A stretch of 64,000 nt of DNA from Mycobacteriales bacterium (GTDB lineage: Bacteria > Actinomycetota > Actinomycetes > Mycobacteriales > QHCA01). Numbering within the stretch: the stretch's first letter is position 1; every line of letters begins with the position of its first letter. The notes under the pieces were generated by a model. That model saw only the letters and a program-made list of their open reading frames with translations. It had not been told where the DNA came from and did no database searches. The position numbers were made by a program, and so were the translations under genes. Below are positions 1 to 8,752 of this stretch, piece after piece. The DNA is taken from assembly GCA_038329965.1 (NCBI GenBank), contig JBBQNN010000004.1:30037-94036 (forward strand), read 5' to 3'.

Positions 1-51
1 GCCCGAGGGATTACCGTGGCGTCCAGACTCGCACAACCGTGAGGTGGGACG

Positions 52-1452
52 ATGACGGTCGCGAACGAGCCGGCGCGGTCCAACGCGGAGTTGGAGAAGC
101 TGCTGGCACTGGCCGGCTGGACACCGGAACACCTGGGTGACCGGCTGAACCGGCTCGCTGCCACCCTCGGGCTCGGCGACCACCTCCACCGCAAGTCGGT
201 ACGCCGCTGGGTCCACCCGCTGCCGAGTTGGCCGGCCCCTCGCGTGCCCCGCCAGCCGTGGCCGTCCCTGGTATGCCATCTGCTACACGAACGCACCGGC
301 CGGCCGGTCACCCCGGACACGCTCGGCTGGGCTGCGGCCGGGCCACCGAGCTACCTGCCGGCCGACGCCGGGCTCAACACCCCGTGGAATCCCGACGGAA
401 CGCTGGCGGCACTGGCCGCCGTCGTGGATGCTGATGCGATGGAGCGGCGACAATTCCTCGCCCTGACCGGGGTGACCCTCACCGCCGTGGCGCACCAGTG
501 GCTGTTCGACCCGGCGCGGGTGGCCGCCTCGCTCACCGGCAAGCGCGTCGACGACGCCCTGGTCGACGACCTGGAGCGGGTCGTCGAGGCGCGGCGCCGG
601 ATGGACGACGCGATCGGCGGCGGTGCCCTGCTGCCCGCCGTCCGGGAGGACCTGCGGCTGGTCGTCGCGATGCTGGACAAGGCCGCCTACACCGAGCGGG
701 TCGGCAAGCGGCTGCACGCCGCCGCCGCCGAGTTCGGCCGGCTGGCGGGCTTCGTGGCCTATGACTCCAACCTGCCCGCGGTCGCGCAGCGCTACTTCCT
801 GGCCGGGCTGCGCGCCGCGCACGTCAGCGGCGACCGGGCCATCGGCGCCAACATCCTGGGGTTCATGAGCATCCAGTCGGCACACTCTACGGCGCCCCGC
901 GACGCCGTAACCCTGGTCGAGTCCGCGCTGCAAGCCGAATCCCACCTCACGCCGGCGGTCGCTGCGTCCTTGCACGGCCGGCTGGCCGTCGGTGCGGCCC
1001 GCGTCGGGGACTCGGCCACTTCGCGCCGCGCTCAGGATCAGGCCTTCGAGTTGCTTGCTCGGTCCTCGCCGGAGGACGAACCGCCGTGGATCTACTGGCT
1101 GGGCGGGGCGCATGTCGAGGAGTTCGCGGGAAAGTCCCTGCTGGCCCTGGGCAAGCCCGTCGACGCCGAAGCGCATATTCGGCGCGCGGTTGCACTGCTC
1201 GATCCCGGGTTCTCTCGCGACCGTGCCGGGTTGCTCTGCCATCTGGCGACAGCTCGTGTCCGGGCCGGGGCCGTCGACCAGGCGTGTGCCACGGCGGGTG
1301 AGGCCGCCGCCCTGCTCCGGCGGCTAGACTCCCCTCGCGAGAAGCGCCGTCTGATCGAGTTCCGTGCGGCCGCCGCTCCCTACGCCGGCTCGGCTGCCGT
1401 GAAGGAGTTCGACGCCAGGCATCGCGATCTGATCGGCACCTCAGTGGCTTAG
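52..1452 (+). CDS. Actinomycete transcriptional regulator, N-terminal HTH-like region plus C-terminal TPR-like helical region (NsdA-like family)
   Basis: 466 aa; N-terminal 'NAELEKLLALAGWT...VRRW', internal 'MERRQFL', Ala-rich helical C-terminus typical of this family; GAGGTG RBS upstream. Confidence 0.7.
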   Translation: MTVANEPARSNAELEKLLALAGWTPEHLGDRLNRLAATLGLGDHLHRKSVRRWVHPLPSWPAPRVPRQPWPSLVCHLLHERTGRPVTPDTLGWAAAGPPSYLPADAGLNTPWNPDGTLAALAAVVDADAMERRQFLALTGVTLTAVAHQWLFDPARVAASLTGKRVDDALVDDLERVVEARRRMDDAIGGGALLPAVREDLRLVVAMLDKAAYTERVGKRLHAAAAEFGRLAGFVAYDSNLPAVAQRYFLAGLRAAHVSGDRAIGANILGFMSIQSAHSTAPRDAVTLVESALQAESHLTPAVAASLHGRLAVGAARVGDSATSRRAQDQAFELLARSSPEDEPPWIYWLGGAHVEEFAGKSLLALGKPVDAEAHIRRAVALLDPGFSRDRAGLLCHLATARVRAGAVDQACATAGEAAALLRRLDSPREKRRLIEFRAAAAPYAGSAAVKEFDARHRDLIGTSVA

Positions 1453-1475
1453 CAGCAGCGCCCTCCGCCTATCGG

Positions 1476-2861
1476 CTATCGGGCACCCAGCTTGGCGGCG
1501 AGCAGCGGGGACGCCAGCCACGTCCCGTCGCGTGTCGACACCCGCGCACAGTTGCCCACGGTCAGCTCCAGGACAGTGGCCGACCGGCCGACGCCGAAGA
1601 TCAGGCGCCGTGAAGACGGCCGCCCTGCGGGGCCGTCCGGCGGGCAGCGCCCCGCGAGCGGCGCAGCGGCGATGAGCTTCGCGTAGGTCGCGGCGTCCGG
1701 CGTGGACAGGTCGTAGACCGGGGTGTTCCCCTCGCACACGCGGAGCAGGTCGGGGCGCGCGGGTACGGGTGGGTGCGCTCCGGTGCCGGAGCTCAGCGGG
1801 GCGCTGCAGGGCGGCACGGCGGTTGGCACCGTTTTCTGCCCGGGCCGGTCGAGCAGGCCGTCGAGCAGCCCGAGCAGCGCGGGAGTCGCGTGCCCGACCC
1901 CCTGCTGCGTGACGATCGCGGCGCACGGCTGGCGGGCGACCCGCACCTCGACCACCCCCTGCGCCTGGTCGGCGAACAACAGGATGTCGATCCCTCCGAC
2001 GGCGACGAAGCACGCGCGGCCGGGTATGCCGGTCGAGGCGTTGACGGCCGCGCGCAGCGAACTCAGGCTGGATCGGCCTGCCGCGTGCGCCTGGAGAACG
2101 GGCGGGCTGCCCGGAGCGGTTGACTGCCAGCCGTAACGGCAGGCAGTCACGACCCGCTCGTAGGTCGGCACCAGGCCCGGAAGCGGGACCAGCGGGTCGA
2201 AGCGCGGCGGCTTGCCAGCCGTGGCCGGCCTTCGGACGGCGGACGCGGCCGGGCAGGACGGCGCGCGCAACGGCCGGCCGGCCGCATCGCTGAGCCGCTG
2301 GGCGTCCAGCAGCCGCAGGGTCGGCTGGACGACGGCGACGTCGAGAAATTCGCCGCAGCCACTCAGGTCCAGCCGGAACGGCACCTCGCGGCCGGAGGAA
2401 TAGCGGAAGGTGAAGCCATAGTTCCGGCGGCCGACGGCATCGCAGGTTTTGGGCGGCGGGGTCCCGGGCAGGGCCCGCAGCCGGGCGGCCACCTGCTCCA
2501 CGTCGGAGTGCAACACATGCAGCCACAGCCGGGTGGCGTCGAAGTTGTACGAGCAGACCGTCAGGCTGGTGGCCCCTTCGGGCACGGCGACCGGAGCACT
2601 GTGGTCGATAAGCGTCGCGTTCCCGGGCGCGCACCCCGCGCCGCTCCCCGCTGCGGGGTCCGGCGAGGCGTGCCGCGTCGCGGCCACCGGGACGACTATG
2701 GCGGCAACCACCGCCACGACACCTACGGCCGAGGCCAGGGCAAGGCGGCGCCGGCGGCGGTGGATTCGTACCCGATGAGCAACCCGCCGGACCCGGTCAG
2801 AGGTGTCGGGAAGATCGGCTACGGCGCCATGCAGCAGCCGGGAGAGTTCGGGCTCGTTCAC
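1476..2861 (-). CDS. Single-pass membrane protein, putative anti-sigma/sensor with three Cys-containing extracellular repeats
   Basis: GTG start overlaps the sigma-factor stop (GTGA); 'NEPELSRLLHGAVADLP...RRRRRLALASAVGVVAVVAAIVVPV' gives a short cytoplasmic N-terminus plus TM; GGAGG RBS. Confidence 0.7.
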   Translation of the reverse strand: MNEPELSRLLHGAVADLPDTSDRVRRVAHRVRIHRRRRRLALASAVGVVAVVAAIVVPVAATRHASPDPAAGSGAGCAPGNATLIDHSAPVAVPEGATSLTVCSYNFDATRLWLHVLHSDVEQVAARLRALPGTPPPKTCDAVGRRNYGFTFRYSSGREVPFRLDLSGCGEFLDVAVVQPTLRLLDAQRLSDAAGRPLRAPSCPAASAVRRPATAGKPPRFDPLVPLPGLVPTYERVVTACRYGWQSTAPGSPPVLQAHAAGRSSLSSLRAAVNASTGIPGRACFVAVGGIDILLFADQAQGVVEVRVARQPCAAIVTQQGVGHATPALLGLLDGLLDRPGQKTVPTAVPPCSAPLSSGTGAHPPVPARPDLLRVCEGNTPVYDLSTPDAATYAKLIAAAPLAGRCPPDGPAGRPSSRRLIFGVGRSATVLELTVGNCARVSTRDGTWLASPLLAAKLGAR

Positions 2862-3364
2862 GGTCCCTCCCTCACGAGTCCGGGAAGCAGCGGGGAGTTG
2901 CGCAACGTGGCGAGGGCACGCGAGGTCTGGCTCTTGACCGTGCCCACCGAGCAGCCGAGCACGTCGGCGGCCTGCGCCTCGGTGTAGTCGTCGAAGTACC
3001 GCAGCACGACGACGGCCCGCTGCCCCGTCGGCAGGCTCGCCAGCATCCGGCGGACCCCCTCGCGCAGGTCGGCCGCATCGGTCGGGTCGACCGGATCGGG
3101 GAGGTCGGGCAGGTCGGCCGAAGGCCGCTCGCCGCGCCAGTGCCGCCGCCACCAGCTCACATACGTCGTGTACATCACCCGGCGCACGTACGCCTCCGGG
3201 CTGTCGGCCCGCTGCACCCGGTCCCAGTGCAGCCAGGCCTTCATGAGCGCGGCCTGCAGCAGGTCCTCGGCAGCGTGCGCATCGCCGGTGAGCAGCCAGG
3301 CCGACCGGGACAGGGCAGCGCCTCGACCAGCCACGAACTCGCGGAACCCGATCGGCTCGCCCAC
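2858..3364 (-). CDS. SigE-family ECF RNA polymerase sigma factor
   Basis: 'FREFV...LLTGDAHAAEDLLQAALMKAW' region 2 and 'QRAVVVLRYFDDYTEAQAADVLGCSVGTVKSQTSRALATLR' region 4. Confidence 0.93.
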   Translation of the reverse strand: MGEPIGFREFVAGRGAALSRSAWLLTGDAHAAEDLLQAALMKAWLHWDRVQRADSPEAYVRRVMYTTYVSWWRRHWRGERPSADLPDLPDPVDPTDAADLREGVRRMLASLPTGQRAVVVLRYFDDYTEAQAADVLGCSVGTVKSQTSRALATLRNSPLLPGLVREGP

Positions 3365-3399
3365 ATCTCATCCTCCCAGCGCACCGCTCCTGCCCGGGT

Positions 3400-3426
3400 G
3401 ACGCCCTGGCGGGTGGCAAAGGTTGT
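3400..3426 (-). promoter_or_regulatory. Candidate ECF (SigE-type) autoregulatory promoter
   Basis: Minus strand ACAAC-N18-CGTC about 35 bp upstream of the sigma gene start; resembles AAC/CGTC ECF promoters. Confidence 0.45.
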
Positions 3427-3482
3427 CGCCGGCGCTAGCTGTGCCGCTTGCAATTGCTAGCACTCGGTCGTACGGTCGGGAC

Positions 3483-3971
3483 ATGCAACCGCTCAGAAAC
3501 CTCGGAGGTTACATCCGCGAGCAGCGGCACAGCTCGCAGATCTCCTTGCGGCAGTTGGCGTTGGCGGCGGGGGTCAGCAACCCCTACCTGTCGCAGATCG
3601 AGCGTGGGCTGCGCAAGCCCAGTGCCGAGATCCTGCAGCAGATCGCCAAGGCGCTGAGGATCTCCGCCGAGGCGTTGTACGTCCAGGCCGGGATCCTCGA
3701 CGAGCGGGTCAGCGGGAGTGAGGTCGCCGACGCGATCCACGCCGACCTCGGCCTCTCCGAGCGGCAGAAGCAGGTGCTGCTGGAGATCTACGACTCCTTC
3801 CGCAAGGAGAACGACGGGCAGCCGGTCAGCCAGGCGCCCGGACCCGCCAAGAAGGCCGCCAAGAAGGCCGCCAAGGCACCCGCCAAGAAGGCAGTCAAGA
3901 AGGTCGCCCCAAAGGCAGCCAGGGCGCCGGCCTCGAGCACGACCCCGAGTCGTCCGACCAACCCGAGCTAG
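3483..3971 (+). CDS. XRE-family HTH regulator (Rv0474-like) with Lys/Ala-rich tail
   Basis: 'LGGYIREQR...SLRQLALAAGVSNPYLSQIERGLRKPSAEILQQIAKAL'; lies upstream of hbhA-like and DUF2516 genes as in mycobacteria. Confidence 0.92.
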   Translation: MQPLRNLGGYIREQRHSSQISLRQLALAAGVSNPYLSQIERGLRKPSAEILQQIAKALRISAEALYVQAGILDERVSGSEVADAIHADLGLSERQKQVLLEIYDSFRKENDGQPVSQAPGPAKKAAKKAAKAPAKKAVKKVAPKAARAPASSTTPSRPTNPS

Positions 3972-3982
3972 GAGAGACAAAC

Positions 3983-4417
3983 ATGCCCAAGACCACCTCG
4001 ATCACCCGCCCGCTGTACTTCGCCGCCGGTGCGACCGACCTCGCCGTGGAGAAACTGCGCGAGCTGCCGGCCGAGTACAAGCGGCTGCAGGAGCAGGCCA
4101 GGAAGCTCGACACCGCGACCCTGCGGGTCGCTGTCGAGGACTACTCCAACAAGGCGACCGGCAAGGCCTCCGAGGTCTACACCGACCTGGTCGGCCGCGG
4201 CACCAAGGTCGTCGAGAGCATCCGTAACCAGAAGGCCAGCCAGGTGCTCAGCGAGCGGCTGACCTTCACCCAGCGGCAGGCCAAGGCGACCGCGACGACG
4301 GCACGCAAGAGCGTGACGACGACCCGCACCCGGGCGAAGGCTACCGCCACCTCGGCCAAGAAGACCGCCACGGCCGCGTCCGACGCCGCGTCTGCTGCCG
4401 CCGACAAGGTCGGCTGA
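3983..4417 (+). CDS. Heparin-binding hemagglutinin (HBHA)-like coiled-coil protein
   Basis: 'PLYFAAGATDLAVEKLRELP...YTDLVGRG' motif; synteny with Rv0474-Rv0475-Rv0476; AGGAG RBS. Confidence 0.75.
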   Translation: MPKTTSITRPLYFAAGATDLAVEKLRELPAEYKRLQEQARKLDTATLRVAVEDYSNKATGKASEVYTDLVGRGTKVVESIRNQKASQVLSERLTFTQRQAKATATTARKSVTTTRTRAKATATSAKKTATAASDAASAAADKVG

Positions 4418-4450
4418 CCGCACGTCGGCTATCAGCAGGACCACCCGCGA

Positions 4451-4490
4451 CAGGCCCCCGGCCGATCTCCACGATTTCGCCGGGGGCCTG
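4451..4490 (+). terminator. GC-rich hairpin, likely intrinsic terminator
   Basis: Perfect 12-bp inverted repeat CAGGCCCCCGGC/GCCGGGGGCCTG just after the hbhA-like stop. Confidence 0.65.
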
Positions 4491-4521
4491 CGTCGTTGCC
4501 GCCGCCACGTACTCTGCGTTC

Positions 4522-4848
4522 ATGGTTCTCGTCCACCTCGACAGCCTCGTTACCGCGGCGTTGCAGCTTGCCGCCCTGCTGCTGCAGGGCGTTGCCTTCG
4601 TCAACTGCCTGATCCAGCCCGCCGACGCCTTCAAAGTGGCCGACAAGTGGAGCAAGCCGGGCTGGGCGATCCTGACCCTGGTAGCCCTCCTGCTGGTGCA
4701 GGCTCCCTTGTTCGGCGGGCTCCTCAGCCTGTTCGGCATCGGCGGGATCATCGCGTCGCTGGTATATCTTCTCGACGTCCGGCCGGCTGTACGGGAAATC
4801 TCCCGCGGTCGGGGCGGATCAAGTGGACGAAACACCGGACGCTGGTAA
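4522..4848 (+). CDS. DUF2516 family membrane protein
   Basis: 'PADAFKVADKWSKPGWAIL...YLLDVRPAVREI...GRW' signature; synteny. Confidence 0.88.
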   Translation: MVLVHLDSLVTAALQLAALLLQGVAFVNCLIQPADAFKVADKWSKPGWAILTLVALLLVQAPLFGGLLSLFGIGGIIASLVYLLDVRPAVREISRGRGGSSGRNTGRW

Positions 4849-4872
4849 ATCCGCGGCGGTAACGTGCGCCGC

Positions 4873-5604
4873 ATGAACGGTGAGAGGCACGGCCGGACCC
4901 ATCGACTGGAGTTGGCCGACCCCACGCTGCGCGAGTGGAATGCCACCGTCCTCGATACTGGCCCCGAGGGGATCGTGCTCGACCGGTCGGCCTTCTATCC
5001 CGGCGGCGGCGGGCAGCCACCCGACAACGGTGTGCTGCTCTGGGGTGGCGTGCAGACCCGGATCGTCGGTGTCCGGCGCGGCGACGACCTGATCCTGCAG
5101 CCACATCCCGACGATCCGCTGCCCGGCGTCGGTTCGCTGGTCCGCGGCGCGGTGGCGGACGAGCGACGCACCGCCCTGATGCGCACGCACTCCGGCTTGC
5201 ACCTGCTGGCCGGTGTGGTGTTCCGCGACTTCGGCGCCCTGGTCACCGGCGGCAACATGGAACCGCTGACCGCGCGGATGGACTTCGACCTGCCCGACAT
5301 CCCGGCCGACTTCAAGCAGCGGATGGAGGACGCCTGCAACATCGAGGTCTCCGCCGACCGGCGCATCGACATCCGCGTACTGCCCCGTGACGACGCCCTG
5401 CGGATCCCGGACATCATCCGTACGGCGACCAATCTCCTGCCGCCGGACCTGTCGGAGGTACGGATCGTCGACATCGTGGGCCTGGACACCCAGGCCGACG
5501 GGGGCACCCACGTCGCCTCGACGAAGCAGATCGGCCGCTTCGAGGTGCTCAAGGTCGAGAACAAGGGAAAGGCCAACCGGCGGCTGCGGATCCGCCTCGC
5601 CTGA
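4873..5604 (+). CDS. Alanyl-tRNA editing protein (AlaX-M type)
   Basis: 'LDRSAFYPGGGGQPPDNG', 'MRTHSGLHLL', 'DGGTHVAST...KGKANRRLRI'. Confidence 0.93.
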   Translation: MNGERHGRTHRLELADPTLREWNATVLDTGPEGIVLDRSAFYPGGGGQPPDNGVLLWGGVQTRIVGVRRGDDLILQPHPDDPLPGVGSLVRGAVADERRTALMRTHSGLHLLAGVVFRDFGALVTGGNMEPLTARMDFDLPDIPADFKQRMEDACNIEVSADRRIDIRVLPRDDALRIPDIIRTATNLLPPDLSEVRIVDIVGLDTQADGGTHVASTKQIGRFEVLKVENKGKANRRLRIRLA

Positions 5605-5677
5605 CCGGCACAACTCCCACACGCGACCCTTGCTGGATCACCACCGGCGCCGGTGCGAGTGGTCGTAGCATCACCGT

Positions 5678-6271
5678 ATGCAGTCGCGTCCCGGGTGGCG
5701 GGTGTGGGGCGACCTGATCCTGGCGGCCATCGGGCTGGGCAGCGTCGGGATGGTCGCCGTGGGGGTCAGCGGACTGGTGGCGGAGGCCCTCGGTGCGATC
5801 TTCGGCCGAGGCTTCGTGGCCGGCGATCCCAGCGGGGTGACCTACACCAAGGCGCGCTGCGACTACCTCCTGGAGTACGCGCCCGGCGCCCACAACTGCG
5901 CCGAGGCGGCGACCGCGCATCACTTCGGTGAGGTGGTCGAATATCGGGTGGCGGCCGGTGTGCTGGGCCTGATCGGGCTCGGGGTCTGGCTGCTGCTGCG
6001 CCGGCGTACCCCCCGGGCCGGCGTGCTCCCCGAGGGGTTCACGTCGACCGTCGCGACCGCGCTGTTCACCGTCGCCGCTGCCGGCCTGCTGCTGGAGTCG
6101 GTCGACATGACTGCCGTCGGGGGTGAGAGCAGCGGGGTGGGAGCGCTGCTGAGCGGGGGCCTGGTCGCCGCCGTGGCCGCGGTGGGGTTCGTCGGCCTCC
6201 TCCCATCCCCCGGGTGTAGTCCTCGGGGTCGACTTCGCGGCGGTACAGCGCGATCATCTGGTCGTGCTTAG
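5678..6271 (+). CDS. Hypothetical membrane protein (about 4 TM)
   Basis: Hydrophobic segments with a two-Cys loop; plausible GC3-rich codons; C-terminus looks atypical. Confidence 0.65.
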   Translation: MQSRPGWRVWGDLILAAIGLGSVGMVAVGVSGLVAEALGAIFGRGFVAGDPSGVTYTKARCDYLLEYAPGAHNCAEAATAHHFGEVVEYRVAAGVLGLIGLGVWLLLRRRTPRAGVLPEGFTSTVATALFTVAAAGLLLESVDMTAVGGESSGVGALLSGGLVAAVAAVGFVGLLPSPGCSPRGRLRGGTARSSGRA

Positions 6272-6372
6272 CCATCTCGGTACTGCCTTCGCCGGAGCCA
6301 GGACAACTCCGTGTCCGGTCGGTCGTTCTTCAGTCATGACGACCCCACCAGCGCCTAGGGCACGGTAGATCC

Positions 6373-6915
6373 ATGCGGATCACGTTGGTGCGCGGCGACA
6401 TAACCGACCAGGAGGTCGACGCTGTCGTCAACGCTGCCAACTCGTCGCTCCTCGGCGGAGGCGGCGTCGACGGCGCGATCCACGATCGGGGCGGCCCGGC
6501 CATCTTGGCGGCCTGCAAGGCGCTGCGCCGGACCGGTTATGTCGACGGCCTGCCCACCGGGCAGGCGGTGGCCACGACCGGCGGTGACCTGCCGGCCAAG
6601 TGGGTGATCCACACGGTCGGGCCGGTCTACTCCCCGCCGCTGGACCGCACCCACCTGCTCCGGTCGAGCTACCGCGAGTCGCTGCGGGTGGCCGGCGAGC
6701 TCGGGGCGCGGACCGTCGCGTTCCCGGCCGTCTCGGCGGGGGTCTACCGCTGGCCGATCGCCGACGCGGCCCGCCAGGCGGTGACCGCGATCCGGCAGGC
6801 GCCGCCCACGACGGTCGAGGAGGTGCGCATCGTGGCGTTCAGCGACGAGGTGTACGAGGCCTTCCAGCGGGCCCTCGCCGACGGCGGCGGCGTACGGGTC
6901 TCAGCCGACGACTAG
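6373..6915 (+). CDS. Macro-domain O-acetyl-ADP-ribose deacetylase
   Basis: 'GDIT...DAVVNAANSSLLGGGGVDGAIH', 'VIHTVGPV', 'AFPAVSAGVY'. Confidence 0.95.
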   Translation: MRITLVRGDITDQEVDAVVNAANSSLLGGGGVDGAIHDRGGPAILAACKALRRTGYVDGLPTGQAVATTGGDLPAKWVIHTVGPVYSPPLDRTHLLRSSYRESLRVAGELGARTVAFPAVSAGVYRWPIADAARQAVTAIRQAPPTTVEEVRIVAFSDEVYEAFQRALADGGGVRVSADD

Positions 6916-7656
6916 GGCCTCGAAGCGGTCCGGGTCGCCGTCGATGGCCAGGGCGTCCAGGGTGCGGCGCCCCCACAGGGCCAGCAGGAGGTCCGAGGCG
7001 CTGCCGCCGACGCCGGTCTGCGCCTCCGCGCCGTCCTCGATCAGCGCGCTCTCGTCGAGGACCATGACGCCCTCCTCGCGCAACCGGACCAGCCAGGTAC
7101 GGCCGGCGTCGGTCGCGGTCACCCGTACCAGACCCTGCGCGCCGTTGTCCGTCACGCCGCGGCCACCCGGCAGCCAGGTGTCGAGCACCTCGCTGATGCC
7201 GTCCACGGCCCACTCGACCTGCACCGGATCGGCCACGCCGGCGGCCATCTGGGCGTCCCACCGGTGTACCGCGGTCTCGTGTGCCATGCGGCGCGGCCAG
7301 AACGCGGCGACGTCGGGCTGGGTCGACCAGTTCCAGGCCGGTGCCCCGGGATCGATCGCCTCCAGCGTGGCGAGCAGGCCGGCGAAGGCGGCGTCGAACC
7401 ACCCGAGCACGTCGGTGTCGTCCGGGCCGAGGCCTGATCGGTCTCCCGGGGCGTCGCCGGCCGCGATCGTCCGCGACACCCAGACGTAGACCTTGCCGAG
7501 GTGGACGACCAGGTCGCGCACGCTCCAGCCCGGGCAGGGCGGCACCGGCAAGTCAAGATCGAGGGCGCCGGCCGCTGCGCGGAGCGCCCGCCCCTCGGCC
7601 CGCACCTCGCTGAGCCAGAAGTCCTTGGACACGCTGTCCGTCTGCTCCATGGTCAT
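6901..7656 (-). CDS. Mycothiol-dependent maleylpyruvate isomerase family (MDMPI) protein
   Basis: 'VPPCPGWSVRDLVVHLG', 'RRMAHETAVHRWDA', 'AVDGISEVL', 'DLLLALWGR'. Confidence 0.92.
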   Translation of the reverse strand: MTMEQTDSVSKDFWLSEVRAEGRALRAAAGALDLDLPVPPCPGWSVRDLVVHLGKVYVWVSRTIAAGDAPGDRSGLGPDDTDVLGWFDAAFAGLLATLEAIDPGAPAWNWSTQPDVAAFWPRRMAHETAVHRWDAQMAAGVADPVQVEWAVDGISEVLDTWLPGGRGVTDNGAQGLVRVTATDAGRTWLVRLREEGVMVLDESALIEDGAEAQTGVGGSASDLLLALWGRRTLDALAIDGDPDRFEALVVG

Positions 7657-7689
7657 AGCCTAGAGTCGCCCGGCCTAGAGTTGGAGCCC

Positions 7690-8736
7690 GTGCAAGGCGA
7701 GCCGCAGGTGCCGATCGCGCCCCTGACGACCCTGCGCCTGGGTGGGCCGGCCCGCCGGCTGGTCACGGTGACGTCGGCGCGGGACCTCGTGGCGGCTGTG
7801 GCCGACGCCGACGCGCAGGCCGAGCCGGTCCTGGTCCTGGCCGGTGGCAGCAACGTGGTGATCGCCGACGAGGGTTTCGCGGGGACCGTGGTGCTGGTCC
7901 GGACCTCGGGAGTCGCCATGCTGCGCGACGGCACCGGTGCGGTCCGGCTGACCGTGCAGGCCGGCGAGCCGTGGGACGCGGTCGTGGCACGCTGCGTGGC
8001 GGACGGGTTGTCCGGGATCGAGGCCCTGTCCGGGATCCCCGGGTCGGTCGGCGGCACCCCGATCCAGAACGTCGGCGCGTACGGCCAGGAGGTCGCCGAG
8101 ACGATCACGTCGGTACGGGTGTACGACCGGGTCGCCGGATCGGTAGTGGTGCTGTCGAATGCCGAGTGCGGGTTCGCCTACCGGCAGAGCGCGTTGAAGG
8201 GCAACGACCGCTACGTCGTCCTCGACGTGAGCTTCGCCCTGACGCCGGAGCGGCACGGCCGGGCGCTGCGGTACGCCGAGCTGGCCTCGGCCCTCGACGA
8301 GGAGATCGGCGGGCGGGCCTTGCTGGCGGACGTGCGAGAGGCCGTGCTGGCGTTGCGGCGGCGCAAGGGCATGGTGCTCGACCCCGCCGACCGGGACACG
8401 TTCAGCGCGGGCTCGTTCTTCACCAACCCGATCCTGTCTGCCGCGGAGTTCGCGGCGGTCGCGGGTGCCGACGGAGCCCGGCCGCCGAGCTGGCCGGCGG
8501 GTGCCGGACGGGTCAAGACCTCCGCGGCCTGGCTGATCGAGCGGGCCGGGTTCGGCCGCGGATACGGCCACGGCCCGGTCGGCATCTCCACCAAGCACAC
8601 CCTCGCCCTGACCAACCGGGGCGGTGCCACGACGGCGGACCTGCTGGCGCTGGCCCGCGAAGTCCGCGACGGGGTACGCGCGGCCTTCGGCGTCGAGCTG
8701 GCGGCCGAGCCGACCCTGATCGGCACGCAGCTGTAG
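7690..8736 (+). CDS. murB: UDP-N-acetylmuramate dehydrogenase
   Basis: 'TTLRLGGPA', 'GGSNVV', 'LSGIPGSVGGTPIQNVGAYG', 'SAGSFFTNP', 'STKHTLALTN'; start uncertain. Confidence 0.96.
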   Translation: MQGEPQVPIAPLTTLRLGGPARRLVTVTSARDLVAAVADADAQAEPVLVLAGGSNVVIADEGFAGTVVLVRTSGVAMLRDGTGAVRLTVQAGEPWDAVVARCVADGLSGIEALSGIPGSVGGTPIQNVGAYGQEVAETITSVRVYDRVAGSVVVLSNAECGFAYRQSALKGNDRYVVLDVSFALTPERHGRALRYAELASALDEEIGGRALLADVREAVLALRRRKGMVLDPADRDTFSAGSFFTNPILSAAEFAAVAGADGARPPSWPAGAGRVKTSAAWLIERAGFGRGYGHGPVGISTKHTLALTNRGGATTADLLALAREVRDGVRAAFGVELAAEPTLIGTQL

Positions 8737-8752
8737 ACCCTCCCGGCGGGCC

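Noticed and set aside
439-500. 'RRQFL' Tat-like motif in the first gene
   Set aside because: It is internal (about residue 130) and a usual feature of this regulator family
1476-3419. 647-aa ORF read as a sigma/anti-sigma fusion
   Set aside because: The sigma factor is in a different frame with its own stop; the partner starts at GTG 2861
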